NCBI RefSeq assembly: GCF_006345805.1
Contig: NC_042997.1
Location: forward strand, 36,208,001-36,272,000
Length of the DNA: 64,000 nt
Source of the DNA: Octopus sinensis
Taxonomy: Eukaryota
Reading direction: 5' to 3'
The position numbers were made by a program, and so were the translations under genes. The notes under the pieces are model-generated. The model did not search any database, was not told the origin of the DNA, and saw only the letters and a list, made by a program, of their open reading frames with translations. How positions within the stretch are numbered: the stretch's first letter is position 1; each line of letters begins with the position of its first letter. Shown one piece after another: positions 14,347 to 26,751 of this stretch.

Positions 14347-14720
14347 CAGTACAACAAAGAATTAATAAAAAGGCAACTTTCATCAATAAATATCTTCCAG
14401 AACTCAATATGAATACATAACGTAATACAGAACACTACTAACTTTTCAATTAATAATTAATACCACTAACCCCATACAGCCCATACATCATTCACTTTAC
14501 AGATCTATATCTACCCAAATTGCACCAAAACCAGTACTACTTACCTCCCCTACTCATAATCTTTTTACTCGGAGACTAGAAGACATCACACAGTTAAGTA
14601 ATCGGTGTGCATTAAAAGCAATGTTTAGTAATTTTACGAAACAGGTATGCTTCTAAATTTCTTTTACAAGTCACAATAATTAATCTTACTACACTTATTC
14701 CTACCTCAGTTCATCTAATT
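14343..14720 (+). mobile_element. Probable Penelope-like element 3' fragment starting at (TA)n
   Basis: [25 protein letters not shown] resembles the RxxxExxFIxxxxPxLN C-terminus of GIY-YIG endonucleases, followed by non-coding AT-rich sequence. Confidence 0.45.
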
Positions 14721-16469
14721 GTATATATCTATCATTACTTTTCATAAAAAAGCCTCCACTTTTACTTATTTTCCTTCTTACATCCCCCTATGTATATATA
14801 TATATTCTTTAATTCATATTGTAGGAAACAAAATATATTGTAACTTGTTACTGTATATATATATATATATATATATTGGAAGGAAGAAAATGGAGAAAGA
14901 TGGATGTATGAATAATTATTTGAAAAACTAGTAGATTATATGAGAGCATGTATTTCATGAGAGCATGAGATGTAGTATGTTATGTTTGTAATTATTAACT
15001 ATATAAATACGTAAATTGGCGATTATTCCATTGTAACAAGGAATTGCGTTTTACGTAACATGAAGAAAATACAGATTATCTATCTTTATGTACTATGGTC
15101 GATGCGTTACTAAAATACATTGGAACTATTTAGAATGTACACGAAGTAATGTATATGAATTTGAAGAAAATCAAATGAATATGAATCATATTAAAATTTA
15201 CTTTACTCTGGAAAAGTAAGAAATGATTAACGGATATGCAATATATTTTTAGAAAATAGAATGTTATGTATATATATTACAAAATAAATAAGACTGCATG
15301 ATTTATTGGAATAAAAACGATGTATATGTTATTATTGCATACGTTAGAAAGAAGTATATTTAGGCAAGACATTATATAATTACATAATATATTAGATTAT
15401 AGATTAAGTTCTGGTTCTAATAAGGATCTAATTAATTCGGTTTCAAATTTAGTTAATTATTAATGGTTGATATGTGAACTAACAATAAGTGATATTAATA
15501 ATTAGAGAATGGTTAATGATATTTATAATATAGATATTTAGTAGTGTGCAAACATGGGTAAAAATTTTCAACCCTGTCGTTTAATAATTTTTTGCGAGAA
15601 TATAGAATATCAAGCCTTCTGAAGGGTGCCTAGCTTTTGCAGAACTTATAAAGTCCTTCTAATTTTAAAACGTATATTTCTTTTAATTTCAAGATGTTTT
15701 TACGAAGATTAGTCGAAGAACGTTTACAGGAAGTTCTAAATGAATATTCCTGATTAGCCAGAGGGATTTTAATATGAGATTGAGTAGAATCAATATAGTA
15801 AATGTGTTATGTTCAGTTTCAACTATGGTTTGGTATACTAAATTCTTCCGTTTGCAATAATCATTAAATTCACATTATTATTTAAATCTAAAAATCGCAA
15901 AAATTACTGAGATTATCACTAGACATCGGCTGTAATTTCCACTTGATTGTTATTATTTGGATATAGGGACACTTTTATAAATGTTACGTTGTTTTTGGTT
16001 ATTATGAATACGATTAGGTTTGAGTTTAGCAAACAATTTATCTAATTTATCAGAATTTATGGAAGATATATATCTAAATAAATTACGAGAAACGGAATGA
16101 GCATTTAAATAAAACATCTGTAGTGAAAAAAGTTACTCTGTTTCTATTAGGAGAGAAGACTTTATGTATTAACCAAAGTATAACTCTAATGAAGTTCGTT
16201 TTTACTTGTTTCATTAAGGGCAATATGAACCACATAATATTATTTTTATCATTACCAGAAGTTGGATTATGATAGTTTTTTCTATAATGAATTTAATAAA
16301 GGTATATAATTACTATTAAGCTAAAACGTTATCTTTTCTCATAATATTTCTTTATTAACAACATATAGCTTTCAAAATGAGTCTATATATATAATTATAG
16401 GTATATAATTTTTATTGATATACGCAGTGTGTATGTACGAGCATATATGTATACGTTTGTATATATGTG

Positions 16470-16522
<53 letters not shown>

Positions 16523-16643
16523 TACATACATTCATATAGGTATTTGTATAAACGTTTATGTATATATATAAATATAAATATATACATATATTAAGATATA
16601 TATATATATATTATATATATACATACATACATATATATATATA

Positions 16644-16758
16644 TAATTTATTATATAGAAGGAGCTTCTACAGGACTAGTACTGTTTCATTCAAGAGAAA
16701 TCTTCTCTTGAATGAAACAGTACTAGTCCTGTAGAAGCTCCTTCTATATAATAAATTA
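16644..16758. repeat. Perfect 56-bp hairpin with 3-nt loop
   Basis: 16644-16699 is the exact reverse complement of 16703-16758; loop ATC; the block is flanked by (TA)n. Confidence 0.95.
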
Positions 16759-16845
16759 ATTTTACTCTGCTATGTATTGAGTACCTTACTTACTGTGGTT
16801 ACCCCGGATCAACCCGGGACCTACATATATATATATATATATATA

Positions 16846-16876
<31 letters not shown>

Positions 16877-17986
16877 GTGTGGTGTGTGTGTGTGTGTGTA
16901 TGTATTGATGAATACCGGTATTTAAGTAGGGTTTATAAGACACATATCATAACGGTAAACTTTCAAAATTTTATCTATGCTTGCTTCTAAATATAACATA
17001 TATTTATGTGATCTATAGTCATCTAGAGTTTTTTCTAAAATATCTATTACCAAACGAATAGGAATAATTCTGTTTTTTAAATATAAAACCGTTGACTAAT
17101 AATCGTTAAGATCTAACTTACTCTTCATTTATTTTATCATATAATATTTTCCGTTGCATATTAAGTCCTATTTTTTCTTTTTATTTAAATGCTATTCTAT
17201 ATATATTTTGCATACATGTATATTTTCTTTAATTTCTTTATATTATTCATTAAAAAAATATATATCTTTCTTATCTCCTTTCTTTAGCTTTATTTTTTAA
17301 AGTTAGTTTTATATCTTTTATATTTATATCTCTTTTATTTTATTTGCTATATGGCATCTTCAGTAATATCTATAACTCACCAACTTGATACATTTCTATT
17401 ATATAGGATCTAACTTCTTAAACTTATTCCTATTTTGTATATAGCTCATAAACCCCCAATGAGGTTTTGCTGCATATAGTTTAAAATGAACCCATTCTTA
17501 GTACGTAAGAAAATGCTCAGAATTATGTCAACTAGGGGCTAGAAGTGAAACATAGATGTATGTATTTTCGCATTTCCCATTTCCTGTTGAGCTTTATCAC
17601 TTATAATTTACTTGTACTGTTATTTTTAAGAAATTTCGAAATCTTTTTAACATACAAATAAATTATTCAGTCATCCATTTTCCTTCTTTCAATATTAATA
17701 AAATGTATTACTACAATAAACCCTAACATATCGTACATACTTTTCCATTATATGATAGCGATCAATCAATGAGATTTCTTTTGATCAGGTACTGTGGATC
17801 TAACATCATCGAATTACATATATATATATATGAAATGATAATGCGTTTTCTTTATCGTAATGAGTGTATTATTTCGAATGCCAAGAGTGAACAAATACTT
17901 AGCGCACGCGCGTGTGCGTTAAAAGAAATGAGGCAACAAAGCCAAGGCTGTGTGGAGTTTTCAGGACATTTAGAAATAGAAAGTTA

Positions 17987-18034
17987 GTCTTACAGCTGTT
18001 TCTGGGATATTAGGTATATCCCTTCATCAGAGAC
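17987..18034 (-). ncRNA. Minimal type I hammerhead ribozyme motif
   Basis: Minus strand GTCT-CTGATGA-A-GGGATAT-ACCTA-ATATCCC-A-GAAAC-AGCT-GTA-AGAC: stems I and II paired, canonical core. Confidence 0.85.
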
Positions 18035-19033
18035 GAGATGGTTAAATACAGGGAAATATTCTAGTTCAATATAGGAGTTATATAAGGTGTATATAGTGAA
18101 ATAGGAGAATGAATGTAGAAATAAAAATAGAAATGTATAAACATGGTATAGTTGCACCTCCATTATCCAAGGAAAGTGGTGTGAAGAAGTGGTGTAAATG
18201 GTTCCTTTCAGTAGTATGTAAATTCCAATAGAAGTTCATATTTTGTCATCACAAATGGAAAGTGTGCAGACGTGGATTCCATTTCTGTTGTTCATTCAAA
18301 AGATTCTTGTGGGGTGAATGAAAATTTGAGAATATAGTGATAGTATTAAGTGGATAGAGAGGGGAGAAAAGATATGTAAGTTAACATGAACAGAGAGGTG
18401 AAAGGAAGAGCTGAGAAAATAAGAAGGAAAGAAAGAGGAAGAGAAAATAAACACAAGAAGAGAAAATGAAAAAGTGTGAGGAAGTGGAAAAAGTGTGTGA
18501 TTTAATGGTCAAGATATTAAGAGGTGTATGGCAGAGGAGTAATGGAGGGGTAGGAAGAGATAAGAACGTAAGTGATGAATATGAGGTGTTTGTGGTGGGG
18601 TGATATGATAGAATGGCATTAAGGGGTGGGTAGAGAAAAAGGCATAGGATGGTTTTTCTTAAATGAGTAGTAAACTAAAAAACGGAAGGATACTAAGAAT
18701 GGTCAAGTTTCTATAAATAGACTTATGTGCTTAGTCTACAGGCTAATATTATAGTGTGGGTAGAAGAATCAAAGAGAAAGAAAGAAAAATGTGTATATTG
18801 ATATACGCATGCACGCATATACATGTATGCGTGTATGCATTATTTTATAGGCCTGAGCACTTGTGTATTTAAACCCGTACGCATGCGTAAGCGCACACAC
18901 GCATATAATTATATACATATATACACACATACACACATGCATAAATATACGCACATACCCATGCATGCGAACATATGTACACACATGCACTCCCAAGCAT
19001 ACATATACATACACATAAATATGTATGTATATA

Positions 19034-19066
<33 letters not shown>

Positions 19067-19811
19067 GCATACACATACGCATACTCATAAATACATGCAT
19101 ATACGCATTCACATGCGCACATATACACGCAAATATGCACACGTACACGTACATACACGTACAGAGACACACACGGGAACACACGCACGCATATATATAT
19201 ATACATATGCATATGCATACACACATACATCCGCATACGTACGCGTATGAACTCCCATGTGTCTAGTATTAATTCAAGTAAGATTGAAGATTTAAAAGTT
19301 AATGGAAAGTCAAATAGGGTTGTTCAGGATTTTCTAAGTGATGGTCGGGATGTATTGTGCGTGGCTATTTAGGCTGCATTTAGATTTTGCGTTAAAATTT
19401 GCAGGTATGGAAAAGCGGTGGTTGCATGTACCTAGGGCCTCATTACATTTATTTAGTAGTATCGAAAATTGTGTTTTGATATGTGGAATGCCTCCTTTAG
19501 ACATAACTTACACGCTGAGCGTTAACCTTGGAATGGAAGCCCTGAATTTATTATGAACCATGACAAGATATAGGGAATATTTCTATTTTTGAGATGATGC
19601 TTGTGACTGGCGAGTGTTGTGAATTTACTGTGTTTCTCGTATCTCAATGTATTGAGATGCGCAACATATCATTGTTTAAAATTATAGGTGATCCTATATA
19701 TATGGTTGTAGAATTATGTAACGTGTAGAGGACGGTGCATTTATAAATTACATTAGACCTTCTACAATGAGTTGGACTCTAATATTTCCTTCTATTTAAG
19801 CATCTCACATC

Positions 19812-19859
19812 GTCTCTGATGAAAGGATATCCCTAATATCCCAGAAACAGCTGTAACAC
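19812..19859 (+). ncRNA. Minimal type I hammerhead ribozyme motif (paralog of 17987-18034)
   Basis: GTCT-CTGATGA-AAGGATATCCCTAATATCCCA-GAAAC-AGCT-GTA-ACAC; one stem I mismatch. Confidence 0.8.
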
Positions 19860-20193
19860 TAACTTCTCTTTATAAATGTCCTGCAAACTCCACACAGCCT
19901 TGGCATTGTTGTCTCATTTTATCTAACATATACATGATCCTACAAGACCCGCATTAGACTCCTCACTTGTATCATTATCGAACTGAGTGTTTAACTACGG
20001 TCCTTCTATAACACTTACATAGCGTTACCTGACACCTTGGGCCTTCTGGATACTAATACCTCTCATATATAGGATATATAGGATTCTAATGCGGGTCTTG
20101 TAGGATCATGTGTATGTTAAATAAAATGAGACAACAATGCCAAGGCTGTGTGTGTGTGTTGTTTTTAGGCAGCGTTTAAGATGCCATACATGC

Positions 20194-20249
<56 letters not shown>

Positions 20250-23200
20250 TAATAATAATAATAATATTACGGAGTATGGCTCCAAACTTACAGGGAAAAA
20301 TTAGATTTAGGATTAAATCAAATTTCACAGTATAAATATAAATTAAATATATATTTATTTATTTATATCGGATGTGTCTTTTCACGTCGAATAATAGAGA
20401 GCATTCGCTTAATTTTATTCCACACTAAATATGTTGATCTATATTAGAAGTCAAGTAGCTAAATGTCGATGGGAGAGAAATTTAGTTCGCTAAACTGACC
20501 GCAATGTAACATTGCTATTTATTTTATCAAACCGTTGTTGTTGTGTAAAACTTCATGTAATGACAAAAGTGAGGCGTTATAACTAATATAATGTAGATAT
20601 TATTAAGTACGACTGAATAAATAGCATTTCCCTTCTCCTCTTGGCATTACACTGTACCATACTTCTTTTGAAATGCCTTTCTATAAATTATGAATTCGTA
20701 TTTAACTGCATGTATTTCTGTGTATATGTACCATTCTCCTGTATATATTTCTTTTAATCAGCATTTGTATATATCTCAGAATTCGCCTCGTAACGTTCGT
20801 CTTCCGAATTGAAATTTATATGTTCTAGACTTACGTTCTTAACTCACTTCAAAATTTAACGGCTTCGGATCCCTATCAATTTTTATTCCCCTAACTGCAT
20901 TCTGTATTGTCGAATGGTATTTGATTTAAGATTGCAGAGTAAATACATATGAAAATTGTGATCGGAAATGAACAGAGATTGTTGTGTATTTCAACAGCTT
21001 ATTTAAAATTCAATGCATACTTCACCATACAACTATTTCAGAAGCACATGCCATGTTCTCTAATGCATTATCAATGAAGTAGCTGTTATTTACTTCCTTT
21101 TTTCTTAATATCAGGAAAACAACATCTTTCCTAAAGCTATTTACTGTTTTTTTAGAACCTTTTATTAAGTGCAGAAACAACATCGTACACTTAATAAAAA
21201 GGAAGAAGCTTCTTAGTTCGGTATTATATTATGCACCAGAAAAAAGTCCTATTATTATTAGATTGTTGAATTAAATGAAAATTCCATAGTATTTCGATGA
21301 TGGAGATTCTTTTATTTTCTTCATATTTTTTCGTTTGCATTTAATGTTAAAATTTTGTGCAAGCTCTTGTATCTGGTATATACAATAAACCAACATGAAA
21401 TATAATAATGCGTAATTACTTTTATAGACTCACATTATCAGAGAATACTACATGCAGAATATACTACACTTAATAATTTCAACAACTCAAATACACAACT
21501 ATTTTAAAAGAATGTAAAAAAATATGAATTCCGTTACAAAAAAGAAGTAAATTATTAAAATTACAGCAATAATTATCGTCAAATAATTGGCACAGTAAGT
21601 GTAGTCGAATAGTGACTAGTATCAACCTATGTCTCGCTGACTTACATCTATTATCAATGACATTTCATTGTGCATTTTTCGATACAATCCCAGCTTTACT
21701 CTTTCACAGCATAATAGGTCCGACAAATATTATATCGGCTCATAATCCTCTAGAAATAAAACCTTATACAATGAAGTCATATCTAAAAGTTGATCAGTAT
21801 CAAGTTAGATCATCATTGTATGAGCACACTCTGGCTCACTTGTTCCATATATATTTCGGATAAGTGATCTAACCTATATATTGGCAATTTATTTTAAGTT
21901 TCAACGCTAAGAATGAGTATAGGTTCTCACTGTCTAAAGTGATCGTATGCTCAATGTTCCGTAGAATCAACCCGAAACCATGTGGTTTGGAAGCAATCTT
22001 CTTAACACACCACAATTCCTATAATAAAAATTCTCCCTCATAATTTTGCAAACGTGCCTTCCAATTCACTAATGTTAAAAAAAAATATCTGACTGTTATA
22101 TTTTACGGAATTTCACACAAGAATTGGCGCTATGCTTCTAAACATCACTCACTACAAGCCAAAACTGGTAACCAATCATGTACTTCAATGTACTTGTATA
22201 GAGGACTGAAAATGCGGTAGATTTGATATATAAAGCAACTGCAGTACTGGTGTTTAGCCATGACTGAGTTACTGATAGAAAATATCTTTAAAAAAAAGGA
22301 ACGATATTATTATAGTGATAGAGAAATTGATTAACTGGTACGATATAAAAATGATGTAAAAATAAATCTCGCGACTGAATTTTTTCCATTTATGCCGTTG
22401 CAGCTATCGCCCTCCGTAACCAGTAGGAATAGCTCCAAGTAATGTTCCATCAACATATCTCTCTCACTAGAGTCTAGAAACACAATATTCCCTGGACCGA
22501 TCTGAAATTTTGTAGGTAATCCTCCTCACACAAACATTCATACACAAACACACACGCACTCACTCTCACACAGACACACGTAAACAGGAACATACAAGGA
22601 TATAATCATGGAACGTGTAAGAAAAATGAACACATATCTATATTCGTGTAAGTACTAAGACGTCTACATGAAAGTGAAGGATATAAGCTTCCATTACATA
22701 ACAATGATGTCCTTGAATTTTTCTGAATAGACGCCAAATTGATGTTTAAAAAAAGATTTAACATTAGTTGTATGCATGTAAACGTTTTGTTTACAATTTC
22801 AGTTATAACATATCTTTTGTTAATAAATGGGAATTGTGTTGGTATTTCTCTCTTCTCATAAAATATACCGAAATACATAATAATTTTACATGTTATACAA
22901 CTTGTTGAAGTGCATTGCGATGTAATATTTTTTGGTTTTACTAAATTCTTAAGTGTTATAAAGATTATCAAAAGCAAATGTTTTCTTCGACTGAAGAATA
23001 TGCTAGTTTTCCAACGTTCTTTTATTGTGTCCTCAAAACTATTCTATTCGTGTATTCAGATTTGTATACACTACGCCATTTAAAGCAAATGACCTAGCTG
23101 TTTCCTAATGCAAACCATTTTACTAACATACAAATTATCTCTTTCATTCTTTCTTAAATTCTGTCTTCCTTTCTCTCTATCTTTTTCTTCTCCCCTCTCT

Positions 23201-23790
23201 CAGTTTTCATCCGCACAGACATACACACGTATGTGGAATATGTTGCATCTGTGTATGTGTGCGTGTAAAAACAGATATATTTATATATGCTTGTGCACAT
23301 AGAAATATAAATACGTGCATGCTTTCTGTATGCGTGTAGGTTTATATAGATATGCACACGCACGCATAAATGTATGTGTGTCTGAACTCCGTACTATGCT
23401 AAGAGTGGTGCGAGTGAAATACAACAGACTACTCCATATCGTTGTTAGAGCATCCATATAAGTGGAGTCAAGACCGGCTAGTTTCTACAGCCATTGAGTT
23501 GCATAAGGTCTATTATTGAAGTCAAAGCAAGCAGTACTATTTTGAAATCATTTATTATAAAGGTTTTAGTTATACGCAATGAAAGCATTTCCTATCATAT
23601 ATTACGCAAACCTGACAGGTATGTATTAAATGTTTAAAATATTACTATTTGGTTTGACCTCTTTATTACAACCTAAATGTATGTGCACACACATACACAC
23701 ATGCACAAACTAACATGCACACACACATACATACATACAGATATACATTCATATATGTAGCTATACTGATATGTATATATATATATATAT

Positions 23791-24267
23791 AGTGACGTAT
23801 ATTTGCCTTTTAAATATGGCTAACCCCTAAGGGTGGATGCTACTGAAGTTTGTGGCCCCAGGAGGACACCTCCTCCAGCTGGCTATAGACACACTTTCAG
23901 TGCCCTATCAGTATTTGCAAAGGGAAGCCATCCTTCCTGTCTTCAACTTATGATACACACGGACTCGAGTTTCTGGGTATTGACCCGTCATCGGCGTGTG
24001 ACAATCACAGTTGTCGAAGAAAAGTAGGTTCCCTTCGCAAATACATATAATTTTTCCAGTATCGTAAAGACACTGATGTCGAAAAAGTGAAAAACAAGCA
24101 ATAATAAATATTAGAGCGAGTTATAAACAGTAGCTGCAACACATCGTGACGTATATTTGCCATTTAAATATGGCTAACCCTTAATGGTTGATGTTACTGT
24201 AGCTTGTGGCCCCAGGAGGACACCTCCTCCAGCTACTGTTTATAACTCGCTCTAAGATTTATTATTG

Positions 24268-24313
<46 letters not shown>
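23791..24313 (-). mobile_element. Non-coding retrozyme-like or non-autonomous PLE-like element, partial tandem of a 354-nt unit
   Basis: 89-bp direct repeat 23792-23880/24146-24234, internal hammerhead, 40-bp inverted repeat 24096-24135/24231-24270, and flanking duplication TATACTGATATG(TA)n at 23762 and 24314. Confidence 0.7.
23956..24000 (-). ncRNA. Minimal type I hammerhead ribozyme motif (core variant CCGAUGA)
   Basis: Minus strand CACACG-CCGATGA-CGGGT-CAAT-ACCC-A-GAAAC-TCGA-GTC-CGTGTG: 6-bp stem I, stem II GGGT/ACCC, palindromic TCGA, GUC triplet. Confidence 0.8.
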
Positions 24314-24340
24314 TATACTGATATGTATATATATATATAT

Positions 24341-24700
24341 TCAAGGGGCATTCTAAATGTTATGAAATTTATCATGAGAGGCATGTATTAATTCCAAACC
24401 TCTAATCTCCTTCAAAATACTCATGTTTTTTTTTTTGTCCCGCTCTAGCTACTTCATGAAAGCCTCATAGAAATCCCCCAAATTGAATATGTCCGGGATC
24501 TTTGTCTGAGTTACCACCATTTTGGTTACCCTTCACCAAATGTTACAGTAGGCAATTTATGGTCTGTGTTAAGATTGGGTAACGGTTTTGATGTTCATCT
24601 GTGTCAAGTACTTTTTTACCAGGATGGTAAACATTGTCCTTGTGTAGTTGGTCTGGCTTTTATGTAATGAAATCTTTTCCTGAACTCTCTCAAAACTTTC
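24341..24700 (-). mobile_element. Possible decayed mariner-like fragment
   Basis: Terminal CAAGGGGCATTCTAAATGTT and TCCTTCAAAATACTC resemble mariner 3' ends; heavily decayed. Confidence 0.3.
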
Positions 24701-24702
24701 GT

Positions 24703-24798
24703 AATCTAGGCTCGTTATAACTGGCTCATTTTAAAAGAACTCTCAAAATTTTGGGAATGCACCTAATTTATATATATATATTATATATATATATATAT

Positions 24799-24849
<51 letters not shown>

Positions 24850-24909
24850 GTGCATTCCCGAAATTTTGAGAGTTCTTTTAAAATGAGCCACTTATAACGG
24901 GCCTAGATT
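24703..24909. repeat. 65-bp inverted repeat with a (TA)n spacer
   Basis: 24703-24767 vs 24845-24909 with 3 mismatches; the spacer is almost pure TA. Confidence 0.95.
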
Positions 24910-25285
24910 TCTGTATATAATTCCAAGAGACTTAGGGGTTCTGAATCCAATCAACCAAGGGATAATATCTATCCAATATACTCCTCGTAGAATAACCAAT
25001 TATTAATACACAAGAGTTTTTTATTGCGTTGCGATTACACTACTGAATGTAATAAATGGGTGAGAGTAAACAGTTGTTTTACCCTTAATTTATACGGCAA
25101 TAACAAAATGGAGGGGATCAAGAGGTGGTATTCATCAACTTTTAGAATTATTATATTTCTTTTTTTTCTTTAAAAAACAAACAGTTATAGCAATATACAT
25201 ATCTGTATATCAGATTACGCTTTACGTATATAAAAATACCATTAATTATAAAAATATATAACGTAGAACATAGAACGTTGAATAG

Positions 25286-25350
25286 TTTCTTACAGCTGTT
25301 TCAGCCAGGAGTTCATAGTACCCTACTTTACTTCCATCTCTTCAGTGAAC
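25286..25350 (-). ncRNA. Type I hammerhead ribozyme motif, partly decayed
   Basis: Minus strand GTTCA-CTGAAGA-...-GAAAC-AGCT-GTA-AGAAAC; core intact, stems I and II imperfect. Confidence 0.6.
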
Positions 25351-25639
25351 TGAAGTATTTGGTACATAAAATTAAGGCGATACGTGTGTGGTTTCCAAGA
25401 TTTTGATGAGGAAATCTTTATTCCATTCAAGAGATATCTTGATAAATGTTAATAGTTATCCGACACAAACCCGTAATGCGACCAATATAATTGCAGATAA
25501 TCCCCAGCTAACTAGATCAAAATTTGAAAACCAGTTACAGTAACTTGATTAGGACACCTGCCTCGAATTATGGGTCCCACATTAACTGATTTACGCTAAC
25601 ATTAACAAATGAATCCCCATCTCCGCTTAGTATTAGAAA

Positions 25640-26294
25640 CGTAAAGAAAATTGTAATTTTTGAAGGGAATGGTGACAGGAAAGATAAAAGGATGACAATG
25701 AGAACCGTAAACTTTCACTCGCTGAAATACCACAGACAACCTCAAAAGTAGTTCTTCAGGCAAAGAAAATTATGCCTTCAGTTTAATGAGATTGGAATGG
25801 CTGTTGTGTTTTGCGAGCTTCTTACTGCAAACCCGACCATCATGTCACATGTATACTGCCACCAGCTGAAGAAATTAAACGAAGTGGTCAAGATGAAGCA
25901 TCCAGTACCTGCTAATCGTAAGGGCATCGTCTTTCATCTAGAGAGTGTCAGACCACACGATTCTTTTAGACACGGCTTGAAAGTTTTACGTCAGCCTCCA
26001 TATTAGCCGAAACATGAATCACCAGATTTAAGATTTCCACATGTTTCGATCTCTTCAGTATTCAATGAATTGGCAGACTTTCAACTCTTATGAGGAATTA
26101 AAACTTAAACTGGAAGGATTTTTCTCCGGTAAAGACAAGAAATTCAGTCAGGGAATAATAGCTCTGCTCACGAAACGGCACAAGAAAAAGACAAATAATC
26201 TATTATATGAATGATAGAATAAATCACACAATATATATATCTTGTGTTTTTTTTAGCTTGAAACACGGAACAGACGTTTTGGTCAACCCAATAT
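25640..26294 (+). pseudogene. Mariner transposase 3' half with right terminal repeat
   Basis: ELLTANPTI..YCHQLKKLNEVVKMKHP..NRKGIVFHLESVRPH..LRQPPY matches the mariner catalytic region; ends in ...GGTCAACCCAA-TA. Confidence 0.8.
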
Positions 26295-26720
26295 AAATAC
26301 CATAGCGTGTGTGCAGTAATATATGAATATACGCGTGTGAGTATTGGAGACTGTGCGTATGCGTGAGCATATGAGCATATGTGCGAGATTTTATTCAATA
26401 GCTATCTTTATTGGCTGAGATTGCATATACCATTCAATAGCATGACATTTTTTTTTATAGAAGAAAGGAAATATTAGGATAACATCTTTCTAACAGCAAC
26501 CACCTCTTCTTTCATTCAAACTCAAAACGAAGAAATCTTTAGTGGCATAGCAATAGAAAGATATACATTTGGATATTTTTCTAGATTTCTAGCAAGAAAA
26601 CAAATGAGGAACACATTTGTATGTAAATATATCTTCATTCGTTGCTACTTACAGGTATACAAGCGTACACTTGTACGTATGTACATACACACACATACAC
26701 ACACACACGCACGCACACGG

Positions 26721-26751
<31 letters not shown>

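Larger units (their letters stand above)
17918..20152 (+). mobile_element. Decayed Penelope-like retroelement with inverted terminal (pLTR-like) repeats
   Basis: About 140-bp inverted repeat 17918-18060 vs 19781-19927, each arm with a hammerhead. A weak GIY-YIG-like C-terminal remnant (EDGAFINYIRP, about 19729-19761) precedes the plus-strand repeat. A second inverted repeat lies at 19891-19958/20085-20152. Confidence 0.7.

Noticed and set aside
21612-21863. Possible Penelope-type RT remnant (IIGPT..LEIKPY..KSY..SLY)
   Set aside because: Similarity is too weak to support without a profile search.
22380-22503. Minus-strand open frame after a TTTCAG acceptor-like site (IGPGNIVFLDS...)
   Set aside because: No recognisable protein, no clear donor, and an open frame of this length is expected by chance.
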